Assembly: GCA_018697205.1 (NCBI GenBank)
Contig: JABHTG010000138.1
Coordinates: 23,940 to 87,939, forward strand
Source of the DNA: Nitrospina sp.
GTDB taxonomy: Bacteria > Nitrospinota > Nitrospinia > Nitrospinales > VA-1
DNA length: 64,000 nt
Direction: 5' to 3'
Position 1 is the first letter of the stretch. Each line of letters begins with the position of its first letter. The translations under genes were made by a program, and so were the position numbers. The notes below the pieces were generated by a model that was not told the DNA's origin, did no database searches, and saw only the letters and a program-made list of their open reading frames with translations. This document shows positions 49,102 through 58,798 of this stretch, in pieces.

Positions 49102-49554
49102 ATGAGCATAACAAAAATTCATACTGCTGAAGATATTTTTAAAGGTCGATTAAGAGGCAACCAATTAATGGCTAGTGGGATTCCTCTAACCTTTGAATCG
49201 GCTCGTTATTTATGGTCTTCGCCAAAAATGGTTGATGTTACTTGGTTGGATTTAGCAGATAACCAATTAGGAGATACTGGTTTGATTGAGTTGTCCGAGT
49301 GCGAATTACTAAAAAATGTTCAATATTTAAACCTAAACCAAAATGGTATTACAGATGAAGGATTGACTAGTCTTTCTAAATCAAAGATTCTCACTAAACT
49401 TAAACGCCTTCATCTTAAAAAAAACTTACTTACAGGTCCAGGTATTGTGGATTTGTATAATTCAGAAACTCTAAATGAACTTTCTACGTTTCAGATCCAT
49501 GATGGTTGGACTTGCAAGAAAATGGATGGATGGCGATATAACCCTCAAGGTTGA
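49102..49554 (+). CDS. RNI-type leucine-rich repeat protein
   Basis: LDLADNQLGDTG, LNLNQNGITDEG and LHLKKNLLTGPG. Confidence 0.8.
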   Translation: MSITKIHTAEDIFKGRLRGNQLMASGIPLTFESARYLWSSPKMVDVTWLDLADNQLGDTGLIELSECELLKNVQYLNLNQNGITDEGLTSLSKSKILTKLKRLHLKKNLLTGPGIVDLYNSETLNELSTFQIHDGWTCKKMDGWRYNPQG

Positions 49555-49557
49555 TCT

Positions 49558-50793
49558 ATGCAGGAAAATGATGGCCCTTGCCAAATTCATGTTCAAATTT
49601 CAAGCACTGATCGGCCGGGGATATTAGCCGAAGCTTTAGAATCTATAGTTGCCTTTAACTGGGATGTTCTTGATATTAAGCAATTTGTTTTTAATGGGTT
49701 GCTTAATTTGTCGTTATTACTTGGCAGTAATAAGTCTAATTCTCTTCAGAAGTTGAAATTAGTATTAGATGAATGGGCAATAAAAAATCAAGTAACTTTG
49801 CAGATATTTCCTTGGGAAAAAGAACTTCGACCAGAAATTCCCTATAAATACCGTTCTGTAGTTACCTTGCTTGGCCCAAATCTTTCCTCAGGTGTTTTTC
49901 TTTCACTTTCTAAAACATTTTCTAGTCGCGATATTAATATTCTTCGTATCGAACAATTGGATTATAGTGACCACCATGTTGTAGAGGTAGTTATAGGAAG
50001 CAAAGAAGACCACTCAACTGTAGATATCTTAAATGCTTTAGTTCAGTTTAAGGAAAAATTTTCTGTAGATATTGCAGTACAAGAAGACACGATGTTTCGG
50101 CGTAATAAAAGGTTAATCATATTCGATGCAGATATGACGTTTGTGCAGTGTGAAATAATAGATGAACTCGGTAAGTTGGCAGGTGTTGGTGATCGTATGG
50201 AAGAAATTACAAAACGGACTATGAATGGAGAACTCGATTTTAAGCTTGCTCTTTGTGAACGTGTTAAGCTTCTTGCGGGGCTTTCAATTCTTAAATTAGA
50301 GGAACTATATAAGCGGATTCCTATTACCCCTGGTGCAGAGGATATTGTTCGTATTTTACAATATCTAGGTTACCGCATCGGCATTGTAAGTGGCGGGTTT
50401 GATTTTTTCATAGACCGTATTAAAAATATTTATAAGCTTGACTATGGAATTTCTAATCAACTTGAAATTGTAGATGGTGTGCTTACGGGTCGAGTTGTTG
50501 GAGATATTATAGATGCACGTGCTAAAGAACGTGCACTTATAACAATTGCAAATCAGGAAGGGTTTTCTTTAAAACAAGTTGTTGCCGTTGGGGATGGAGC
50601 TAATGATATTCATATGTTAGCTAAGGCAGGGCTTGGTATCGCATTTAATGCTAAATCTATCGTTCAGAAGCATGCTAATGCTGGAATTAATCAGTCTAAT
50701 CTTGAGCTTATTCTATATTTTCTGGGTATCAGTGGTAAGGAACTTCAGGAACTTCGTGACTTATCCAAAGCACCTCCCAAATCTTCTTGGTAA
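49558..50793 (+). CDS. serB: Phosphoserine phosphatase with two ACT domains
   Basis: DRPGI ACT domain, FDADMT HAD motif I, SGGF and GDGANDI. Confidence 0.93.
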   Translation: MQENDGPCQIHVQISSTDRPGILAEALESIVAFNWDVLDIKQFVFNGLLNLSLLLGSNKSNSLQKLKLVLDEWAIKNQVTLQIFPWEKELRPEIPYKYRSVVTLLGPNLSSGVFLSLSKTFSSRDINILRIEQLDYSDHHVVEVVIGSKEDHSTVDILNALVQFKEKFSVDIAVQEDTMFRRNKRLIIFDADMTFVQCEIIDELGKLAGVGDRMEEITKRTMNGELDFKLALCERVKLLAGLSILKLEELYKRIPITPGAEDIVRILQYLGYRIGIVSGGFDFFIDRIKNIYKLDYGISNQLEIVDGVLTGRVVGDIIDARAKERALITIANQEGFSLKQVVAVGDGANDIHMLAKAGLGIAFNAKSIVQKHANAGINQSNLELILYFLGISGKELQELRDLSKAPPKSSW

Positions 50794-51053
50794 ATAACTA
50801 TTACTCCCCATTTTAATCATCTCCCTTTTTAGATTGTCCATTAGGTAATTACTTATACGAACCCCCCTTTTAACCTTATTTTTCTACATTTTAATTATCA
50901 ATATTTTTTTCTCAATATAAATATCTAAACTTTGCCTAATCTTTAATTGATAATACATTTGACAATTAATTCATTAAATAGTAAATTATTAACAATTATC
51001 GTAGTAATTCAATTGTTTGTTAATACTAAAATTTATTTATTTAAGGTGAAAAA

Positions 51054-51590
51054 ATGGATGTTGATAAAAGTGCAGTAATTTTAGTCGGTCATGGTGGAAT
51101 ACCGAGTGATTTGCCAAGTGGAATTGTTGAAAAATTTATGAGGTTGCATAAATCAAGGATTAAAGCTGGCACGGAGATTACTAGTGAAGAGATAGAACTT
51201 GATAACACTATTCGTAAATGGGAAAGAACCCCAGAGACAGATCCTTATAAGTCTGGGCTGGAAGATTTGGCAACTCATATGGAGCCTCTTTTGAAAAACT
51301 TTATTTTAAAAACTGCTTATAACGAATTTTGTTACCCGACAATAGAACAAGCCATTGAAGAGTTAGCTTCAACAAATAATGTATCAAAAATAATTCTGGT
51401 GACAACGATGATAACTAGAGGGGGATCACACTCAGAGCAAGAAATCCCGGAAGAGTTAGAAGAGTTACGAAAAAAATATAATAAAATAGAGATTCAGTAT
51501 GCATGGCCATTCGATATAGATACTTTTGCATTATTTATGTCAACGCATGTCAAAATCCATGATCATTTAACGGTAGTCGATAGTAAGTAG
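51054..51590 (+). CDS. CbiX/SirB-family chelatase-like protein
   Basis: VILVGHG, AYNEFCYPT and GGSHSEQEIP. Confidence 0.8.
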   Translation: MDVDKSAVILVGHGGIPSDLPSGIVEKFMRLHKSRIKAGTEITSEEIELDNTIRKWERTPETDPYKSGLEDLATHMEPLLKNFILKTAYNEFCYPTIEQAIEELASTNNVSKIILVTTMITRGGSHSEQEIPEELEELRKKYNKIEIQYAWPFDIDTFALFMSTHVKIHDHLTVVDSK

Positions 51591-51613
51591 TATTGTAAAT
51601 AATTAATTTAATT

Positions 51614-52135
51614 ATGAATTTAGTTAAAATGCATAATTCGATTTTTTTTAAACCAATTAGTTTTATGAAAAGTGGTTTTTTATTTTTCACTTTTCTCATA
51701 ATAATTTTTGTCAATCCTGTTTTAGCTTTAGATTGGAACGATGATGATTGGGTTCAAGGAGGCTGTCCTCCGGATATTTTTGGGACATGGGTTTCTAACG
51801 ATGTTGACCAAGAAAATATAAAAACTTTAAAAATTAATCATAACAGAATTAGGATTTCTAATAGCTTATCTCTTGATGAAGATTACTCTTTCGATAAAAA
51901 TGATTTGGTATTAGGTAAAAAATTTATAGAGATTAATCTTACGTCTGGTTTAAATCATAATGAAAATAGTTTCTATTTAAAAATACGGCCACATTTGATT
52001 GTGTTAGCTAATAATTTTGATCTTATGAATTCACCTACTACTAGTTGTTTTATTAAAGTATTTAAGTTTAAGTCAAAAGAAAACTCTAAGTTTGGCAGGT
52101 ATTTTGATTGGGAAATATATAAATTAAAAAAATAG
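51614..52135 (+). CDS. Hypothetical exported protein
   Basis: Signal-like segment ending VLA; the start may lie downstream. Confidence 0.6.
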   Translation: MNLVKMHNSIFFKPISFMKSGFLFFTFLIIIFVNPVLALDWNDDDWVQGGCPPDIFGTWVSNDVDQENIKTLKINHNRIRISNSLSLDEDYSFDKNDLVLGKKFIEINLTSGLNHNENSFYLKIRPHLIVLANNFDLMNSPTTSCFIKVFKFKSKENSKFGRYFDWEIYKLKK

Positions 52136-52226
52136 GTAGCTTATGGTCAACTTTATAGATTTTTAAAAAATATTCGTGTCATTTAAATGTGATTAACAAA
52201 TTGTGAATTATTTTTTAAAAAGAAAT

Positions 52227-52308
52227 GGGGAACTTAGGTGGGGCCTGGGGGCCCATTTAGTTTAAAGCCTTCTGTCAGGCATCTCAAAACTAAGCACCTA
52301 TGTTCCCT
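52227..52308 (+). ncRNA. Candidate structured RNA (three-way junction), family unassigned
   Basis: P1 GGGAAC-T-TAGGTG/CACCTA-T-GTTCCC; P2 GGGCC-TGGG-GGCCC; P3 TTTAGTTT/AAACTAAG plus GCCT/AGGC; followed by a T-rich tract. Confidence 0.5.
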
Positions 52309-52350
52309 TGGTTTTCATTTTTGTTATTTTTTTTATTTTAGTTTAAGGTT

Positions 52351-52818
52351 ATGAAAAAAAAATACTTAGTAATTATTCTCTTTTTAATTTTAGTTGGTGC
52401 TGTTTCATTTAATAAAAATACTAAGACTGCTAAGACTCCAAATGACTATGTATCGTTAGGAAATAATAAGGGTATAAAAGGAGATCACTTTGGAGCTAGT
52501 AAAGCTTTTAAAGCAGCTATAGATATAGACCCTTACTATATTCCTGCCTACTTGGGACTTGGCATTTCCTACGGAAATTTGGGAAAGAATGAAGATGCAA
52601 TTCAAGTCCTAATGCAAGGAATTAATTTGGATAAGAGTTATGACTATGTTCCTCAAATGCAAATGAGTATTGCTTCTATTACCTACGAAAAAATCAATGA
52701 TGCAAAATTGGCAGTCACATTTTTAAAAAAAGCTCTACAGAATTATACAGACCAGGGAAATTATGCTGGTGTAATAATGGCTGCAGAGAAGATAAAACAA
52801 TTTGCTCCAGTTTCTTAA
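52351..52818 (+). CDS. Exported/membrane-anchored TPR protein
   Basis: N-terminal hydrophobic segment; TPR motif AIDIDP.YIPAYLGLG..Y..LG. Confidence 0.8.
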   Translation: MKKKYLVIILFLILVGAVSFNKNTKTAKTPNDYVSLGNNKGIKGDHFGASKAFKAAIDIDPYYIPAYLGLGISYGNLGKNEDAIQVLMQGINLDKSYDYVPQMQMSIASITYEKINDAKLAVTFLKKALQNYTDQGNYAGVIMAAEKIKQFAPVS

Positions 52819-52873
52819 CATACTTTTGTTTCTTGTAATAATTAGTCTTAAGTAGTTAGAGAGATTATCAATT

Positions 52874-53416
52874 ATGTTTAGGCTTGTTAGTTTAAGTTTT
52901 TTGCTTGTTGGTATCTGCCAGTTTTTTTATGCTTGTGCCACCATTCCTGCTAGAGAAGATCCCCCTCTTCAGGTTGTTAACAAAGTGGACATTAATAAAT
53001 ACCTTGGTAAATGGTATGAAATTGCGCGATATCCCAATTGGTTTCAGGAAAATTGTTATGGGGTGACTGCCGAATATGAATTTGTTAATGATAGCGTGAT
53101 AAAGGTAGTTAATAAGTGTAGGGATAGGCTCTTAAATGGGGAAATAAGAGAAGCTGTAGGAACAGCTCACATAACGGATTCTTCTAATAATGCAAAGCTT
53201 AAAGTAACATTTCATTGGCCATTTTATGGAGATTATTGGATTATTGATCTAGGTGAAGATTATGAATATGTAGTAGTGAGTGAACCAAAACGACAGTACC
53301 TTTGGATTCTAAGTAGAAAACCAAGTATGGAGACTCCTAAATACAATAAAATCTTAGAATCTCTTGCAAAACGAAACTTTGACATCGCTTTACTAAGTCT
53401 TACACCTCTAACGTGA
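52874..53416 (+). CDS. blc: Bacterial lipocalin lipoprotein
   Basis: Lipobox FYAC; VD..KYLGKWYEIAR, GDYWII and YLWILSR. Confidence 0.92.
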   Translation: MFRLVSLSFLLVGICQFFYACATIPAREDPPLQVVNKVDINKYLGKWYEIARYPNWFQENCYGVTAEYEFVNDSVIKVVNKCRDRLLNGEIREAVGTAHITDSSNNAKLKVTFHWPFYGDYWIIDLGEDYEYVVVSEPKRQYLWILSRKPSMETPKYNKILESLAKRNFDIALLSLTPLT

Positions 53417-53467
53417 GGAATATGTATTTTTTTATTTTTTTGAAGCCTGAAGAAATTTTATGACATA

Positions 53468-53554
53468 ACGAAACTCCGGATAACGGCCTGGTGGCTTTCT
53501 ATTTCTTTTGATACTTCCCTAAGGTTTTATCAGACTGGATAGCCGGAGTTTTGT
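53468..53554 (+). terminator. Long G.U-rich stem-loop downstream of blc (terminator or RNA element)
   Basis: ACGAAACTCCGG/CCGGAGTTTTGT plus CGGCCTGGTGG/TTATCAGACTG; followed by a T-rich tract. Confidence 0.45.
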
Positions 53555-53613
53555 ATTTCATTTTTTATAGGTTATATTTGTAATATGTTAATTAATGAAA
53601 ATTTTTTTTAAAT

Positions 53614-53934
53614 TTGTTAACGCTAAAATTTATTATGTATTCTAAAATAAATAATCAATATGCAGTGTTGTGCTATTCAAAAAATGCTGCTGATTGCTAC
53701 CAAAAAGGAGAGTATTTTGATACTGAAGAAGAAGCAAAAGATTGGGTAGAAAATGAGTGCTGGATTTTTTCAGGAGAGGGGTGGATTTGCCTTAATTGTC
53801 ATGACGCGTTTATGGGTAGTCTTACTTCACATCGTAAAAAACAGGGGAATGGACTTGATGGTGTTGATGGAAATATAGAGGCACATGACGGTTTAGATAA
53901 TGATTTAGAGACAGGAATTGATATCGTAAGATAA
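53614..53934 (+). CDS. Hypothetical Cys-containing (zinc-finger-like) protein
   Basis: C-x7-C ... GWICLNC; acidic tail. The start may be ATG53635. Confidence 0.6.
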   Translation: MLTLKFIMYSKINNQYAVLCYSKNAADCYQKGEYFDTEEEAKDWVENECWIFSGEGWICLNCHDAFMGSLTSHRKKQGNGLDGVDGNIEAHDGLDNDLETGIDIVR

Positions 53935-53972
53935 AAATATATATTCTTTGCTATCTACCAAGGGGTTTTTTT

Positions 53973-54536
53973 ATGAAAAAAAATATACCATTAATAACAA
54001 CTTTTATTTTAAGCGCTACATTATTTTTTACTTCTCTAGCTATTGCTAATACAAAAATTAATAGCTCTGAAGTTCTGAAAATTGGTAAAGAAATTCCTAA
54101 TGCGCAACTAAATAGATTTGCTCAATCTAATATTAAAATAGATGACCTGAAAGGAAAAATTAAGATTATCAGTGTTGTACCACAATTGAATACACCGGTA
54201 TGCGATAAACAAACACATCAGTTTAGTGAAACAAATGGAGGGTTGGATAAAGATATTGACATAATTACTATAAGTACAAATACCGCGCAAGGCCAGAAGA
54301 GCTTTGCTGAAAAAGCGAACATCAGTAACTTGATTTTTTTGTCCGATAGTCCTGAGTTCAATTTTGGTAAAAGTACTGGTCTGCTAATAGAGGGAATGAA
54401 TATGCTAAGAAGAACCGTTTTAGTTCTTGATGAGAAAAATATTATTCGGTATGTTGATTTTGTTCCAAGAGGTGGACTTCCAAATATTAAAGGAGCATTA
54501 AATGCAGCGAAAGAAGTCTTGTTGGGGAATTCTTAA
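53973..54536 (+). CDS. Tpx-like peroxiredoxin with signal peptide
   Basis: SVVPQLNTPVCDKQT (peroxidatic PxxxTxxC), LSD and conserved Arg (LRR); signal ending AIA. Confidence 0.85.
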   Translation: MKKNIPLITTFILSATLFFTSLAIANTKINSSEVLKIGKEIPNAQLNRFAQSNIKIDDLKGKIKIISVVPQLNTPVCDKQTHQFSETNGGLDKDIDIITISTNTAQGQKSFAEKANISNLIFLSDSPEFNFGKSTGLLIEGMNMLRRTVLVLDEKNIIRYVDFVPRGGLPNIKGALNAAKEVLLGNS

Positions 54537-54737
54537 ATTTATATTTTTATGAGGATAATAAAATATTTTTTATTTAATTTTTCTATTTCTTCTCTTTTCC
54601 CCCACTCTCAGCTTTTGGAAACGGCAGTAAAGTAGATGTTTGCAAGAGGGCTAAAAAAAATGAATTCCTTTGCAAAAATTGACCAGTATCCTGAATCGGA
54701 TAAGGCTTGTAAAAAGATATGACTCTAGTTTTATAAT

Positions 54738-55220
54738 CTAATAGCCACCCCCGCCGCCGCCACCTTGAGAAATATGTGGTTCAGGAGGAACAATTTCACT
54801 TAAATTTAGCGTATGTTTTTCTGGTTTAGTTAAATTGCAGGGTATTTTAGGGTTCTTTTCCCAATGATGTTGCTGGATTATTTGTGATTCTGAAATATTT
54901 TTATTTTTAGACGAAAGCTTTAAAGCCCATTGGAAGTTTTTTGCAGATTCTAGATGATTTTCCATTTGATGAAGTATGAGGCCTATATTGAAGAATATTT
55001 CACCTTTTTTTCGGTCAACTACCGAAGCTGCCCTAATGTGTTTTAAGGCTTGATTAAACTTCTTTTTATTGTAAGCACTGACCCCTAACATATTTTGGTC
55101 GTGTCCCACGGAATGTGATTCTACATTAGATGAAAGCTTTAGAGGCTCTTCAGCAAACAAAATATTGAGGGGAAAAATTAATAAAATATAAATTATACTA
55201 ACTAAAGTTTTCAACCACAT
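54738..55220 (-). CDS. Exported TPR protein with Gly-rich C-terminus
   Basis: RBS GGAG; signal ending LFA; TPR helices; ends GGGGGGGY. Confidence 0.7.
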   Translation of the reverse strand: MWLKTLVSIIYILLIFPLNILFAEEPLKLSSNVESHSVGHDQNMLGVSAYNKKKFNQALKHIRAASVVDRKKGEIFFNIGLILHQMENHLESAKNFQWALKLSSKNKNISESQIIQQHHWEKNPKIPCNLTKPEKHTLNLSEIVPPEPHISQGGGGGGGY

Positions 55221-55429
55221 CGATTGCTCCCGTTTTTATTTTAGTTTTTTCCTATTATAAATATACGAGCATAAAAACCGTTAATGTTTTATTGTCCTTT
55301 TTATGAAAATTGTAGAAATAATTATATTTAAATATATGATCACTTATATAGTTCTTTATTTATTAAATAAGTTTTTGGTAAGATGTTCCACATCTACGTA
55401 TTTTCAAAGTCTTTTAAAAAACACATCTA

Positions 55430-56164
55430 GTGCAATTTCCCTATAAAGCTATATTATTTGATTGGGCCTATACCTTGATTGATCTTGTTTGTGAAGACGA
55501 TCGATCTGCATTTCAAGAATTGATGAAGTTTTTAAAAGGTAAAGGTGTTGAATTGCCATCATTTGACTTGCTTTTTGAAGCATACCAGGATCTCTTTTAT
55601 GGATTAATTAAAGAATCACGCCAAACTCACCGGGAAGCAAACTTTGAAACAGTTTTGCGGTATCTTTTTTTTAAGTACGATATTGAGATTGAAGGTAAAG
55701 CTTCGTGGAAAGATATATTCAAAGTTTATTATAGCGTTATCCATGGTGTCAGGTATATTTATCCTGATGTGACCTATACTCTAAAAACCTTAAAGGAATC
55801 AGGGGTACGAATGGGCATAATTTCTAATACTACTAATCCTGAGTTTATTAAAGTAGAAGAGTTATGTAAAACGGGATTGAAAATATATTTTGAGTTTGCA
55901 TTATTTTCCTCAAGTACTCCATACCGCAAGCCTCATCCATCTATATTTAATGCAGCGGTTTCACGATTGAATATAGAGGTTAAAAATATTCTATTTGTTG
56001 GTGATGATTTGCAGATGGATATTGTTGGAGCTCAATCAGTGGGTATGCCAGCGGCCTGGTTGAATCGTGACGGTTCTTCCCTAAATGAAAATATTAACCC
56101 ACTCTATCAAATTACTAGTTTGTCGGAACTTCTTACTATTAAGCAACATAAGGCTCGAAATTAA
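55430..56164 (+). CDS. HAD-superfamily hydrolase
   Basis: FDWAYTL, ISN, RKPHPSIF and VGDD...DI.GA. Confidence 0.9.
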   Translation: MQFPYKAILFDWAYTLIDLVCEDDRSAFQELMKFLKGKGVELPSFDLLFEAYQDLFYGLIKESRQTHREANFETVLRYLFFKYDIEIEGKASWKDIFKVYYSVIHGVRYIYPDVTYTLKTLKESGVRMGIISNTTNPEFIKVEELCKTGLKIYFEFALFSSSTPYRKPHPSIFNAAVSRLNIEVKNILFVGDDLQMDIVGAQSVGMPAAWLNRDGSSLNENINPLYQITSLSELLTIKQHKARN

Positions 56165-56167
56165 TCT

Positions 56168-56908
56168 ATGCACCGATTCTTTACTAATCCTGAAAATATC
56201 ACAGATGAAAAAATTATTTTACGGGGTTCTGATGTCGCACATATACGAACAGTGCTTCGTCTTAAAAGAGGGGATAGGGTTGAAGTTTTGGATGGACGTG
56301 GGAACTGTTATATAGTTATCCTAACGCGAGTGGGGCGTGATCAAGTTGAAAGCAGTATTTATTTAAAAGAAGATGCAAATGATTGTGAGTCTCCATTTAA
56401 AATATGCTTGGGACAAGGAATGGTTAAGGGAACTGGCTTTGATGGTATTGTGCGCAAATCTGTTGAATTGGGAGTTAATAAAATTTTTCCGGTTTGTGCA
56501 AATAGATGTATCTCAAAATTATCTAAAGAGGATTCAGTAAAAAAAATTGACCGTTGGCAAAAAATTGCAAGAGAAGCATCAAAACAATGTGGCCGAAGCA
56601 GAGTTCCTGATGTTGTAGCTAAACCATGCACAGTTAAAGACTTTTGTTTTGCTAACCAAAAGTCTGACCTAAAGCTTATTTTTTGGGAAGAAGAACGATC
56701 AATCCGAGTCAATGGTTTATCTGAAACAAATCAACTCACCTCTGCGGCAATTCTTATTGGACCTGAAGGTGGTTTTACCTCTCAGGAAGTTGAAAGCTCT
56801 AAAAAATATGGATTCCAATCTGTTTCACTGGGGCCACGTTTACTAAGAACAGATACGGCGCCTCTTGCTGCGATTGCTATTCTCCAAAATCACTGGGGTG
56901 ACTTGTGA
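56168..56908 (+). CDS. rsmE: 16S rRNA m3U1498 methyltransferase
   Basis: HIRTVLRL, K.VELGV, EASKQCGR, IGPEGGF and LGPRLLRTDTA. Confidence 0.95.
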   Translation: MHRFFTNPENITDEKIILRGSDVAHIRTVLRLKRGDRVEVLDGRGNCYIVILTRVGRDQVESSIYLKEDANDCESPFKICLGQGMVKGTGFDGIVRKSVELGVNKIFPVCANRCISKLSKEDSVKKIDRWQKIAREASKQCGRSRVPDVVAKPCTVKDFCFANQKSDLKLIFWEEERSIRVNGLSETNQLTSAAILIGPEGGFTSQEVESSKKYGFQSVSLGPRLLRTDTAPLAAIAILQNHWGDL

Positions 56909-56990
56909 TTATTTATTGTTCTTCAGGAGAAATTAAGTTTTTGATTTTAGAATATAAGTGGTAATTTTTTTTATAATTTGATGTGATTTT

Positions 56991-57776
56991 ATGAACTATC
57001 AATGCAACTTAGACATATTCGAAGGGCCTTTGGACCTACTGCTCCACCTCATCAAGGAGCAGAAAATGGATATATATGATATTCACATTGCAGAGATTAC
57101 CAAGCAGTATTTAACTTACCTGGATCTTTTAAGTGATCTAAACTTAGAAATTGTAGGAGAGTATTTAGTTATGGCTGCCGAACTTACGAACATTAAATCA
57201 AAAACTCTTCTTCCTGTTCCAGAAACGGAAGAGGATGCATTATTAGATGCAGGCGAAGATCCGCGTGCTGAGTTGATGCTTCGTCTCCTTGAATACCAGC
57301 GTTATAAAGAAGCTGCCTTTGAGCTGAGACAGAAGGAATACGACCAGCAACAACTATTTAGTCGAACCGGTGAAGTTGTTTTGGAAAACTCTGAAGCAGA
57401 ATTACTTGTTGACGCTAATGTTTTTGATTTGTTGACGGCATTTCAAAAAATACTAAAAGAAAAATCTTTCAAAAAAAACTATGAAATTAAAGTTACAACT
57501 CTTTCAGTTTCCGATCGGATTGGTGATATTTTAGAAATATTAAATAATTCTAATAGTGTAACCTTTGATTCACTTTTTACTACTCTTAATACAAAACAAG
57601 AAGTCATAGTAACTTTTTTATCTATTTTAGAGCTTATGCGTTTGCAGTTAATTAGGAGTCAACAGGCTAGACAATTTGATGTGATTCGCATATATGCGGC
57701 TGTAGAACGAGATGTGCAAGAAGAAATTTTGAAAAATTTTTATGATACAGGAGAAAAGGAATTACCCTTAAGTTGA
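56991..57776 (+). CDS. scpA: Segregation and condensation protein A
   Basis: FEGPLDLLLHLI, EYLVMAA.L..IKS..LLP and VTFLSILEL. Confidence 0.95.
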   Translation: MNYQCNLDIFEGPLDLLLHLIKEQKMDIYDIHIAEITKQYLTYLDLLSDLNLEIVGEYLVMAAELTNIKSKTLLPVPETEEDALLDAGEDPRAELMLRLLEYQRYKEAAFELRQKEYDQQQLFSRTGEVVLENSEAELLVDANVFDLLTAFQKILKEKSFKKNYEIKVTTLSVSDRIGDILEILNNSNSVTFDSLFTTLNTKQEVIVTFLSILELMRLQLIRSQQARQFDVIRIYAAVERDVQEEILKNFYDTGEKELPLS

Positions 57777-57850
57777 TAAAAGATCATTTTTGATATTTTT
57801 ATATCCTATAGATTTAATAGTATTTATTTTTTTTATGGCAGGGACTATAG

Positions 57851-58513
57851 ATGCATAGAGTGAATTTTGTGAAACAAGTTTTGCAGATTTCGATAGTTAT
57901 ATTTTTTTTGTTTTTGTTTTCTACAATTTGTAGTGCAGCTAAAATAACTGATACTGCTAATTCTAGACAGTGGGCTACTATTGATGGGTTTAGGTCTGCT
58001 AAATTTGGGTTTAATGAGAGTTCAATCTTTAGAGCGATTAAAAAAGATTTTCAAATTAATAAGAAAGCTGTTTCGCGTGGGAAAAACTCAAGTGAGAAAA
58101 CAACTTTTCTTATGATAGATGTTAAAGATCTCTTTGTAGGAAGTGGTCCTTCCAAAGTTGTCTATATTTTTGGTTTTAAGTCAAAAAAACTTATTCAGGT
58201 TAAGGTTGTATGGGGAAGGCCTGCTCAAAAAAAACCTGATGTTGAAAAAATTGTCTCGGTTGCTACTCAATTAAGCAACTATTTTTCCCAGAAAATATAT
58301 CAAAAAAATGGTTTTGTCTCTCATAAAAAGATTTCTGAGGGGATTATTTTGGTTTTTCAAGGAAGGGATAAGAAGGGCAGAACTGCTCGATTATTATTAA
58401 GCAATCCCAAAAATAAGGATGATAAAGCGGGTGAAAATATAACTCTAACTCTTGCTTATATTGAAAAGCCGGAGGACCCCGACGTGTTTAAAATTAAAGA
58501 TGGCGATTTTTAA
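57851..58513 (+). CDS. Hypothetical exported basic protein
   Basis: Signal peptide; IDGFRSAKFG motif. Confidence 0.7.
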   Translation: MHRVNFVKQVLQISIVIFFLFLFSTICSAAKITDTANSRQWATIDGFRSAKFGFNESSIFRAIKKDFQINKKAVSRGKNSSEKTTFLMIDVKDLFVGSGPSKVVYIFGFKSKKLIQVKVVWGRPAQKKPDVEKIVSVATQLSNYFSQKIYQKNGFVSHKKISEGIILVFQGRDKKGRTARLLLSNPKNKDDKAGENITLTLAYIEKPEDPDVFKIKDGDF

Positions 58514-58798
58514 TTTATTTTCCTACTCGCTCTATATTAAATAGATTTCCATTTTTTTTTAAAAATTTATGACAATTATGCGAGAAGCTTAATACTTAAT
58601 ATTACCTAGGTTCCTTTTTTGATATTTTTCAAGATAAAACACTTAAAATGATAAATTCAAGTAATTTTAAGCTGTCAGACTTAAAGATTTTTGTGACTTG
58701 CTCAAAACTCTATTGATTTTAATGGATTCCGGTTGCAACCTCCCTTGTTTATGCACTACAATTTATAGGATAAATGATGATAAATAAACGAGGACTTT

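Noticed and set aside
52227-52308. TPP or cobalamin riboswitch identity for the junction RNA
   Set aside because: Only fragments resemble these (GGGAA...GGTG on +; GGTGC...TGAGA on -). The conserved cores are missing.
53788-53802. CLNCH as a heme c attachment site
   Set aside because: No export signal. The upstream Cys pair and GWICxxC context fit a cytoplasmic zinc finger better.
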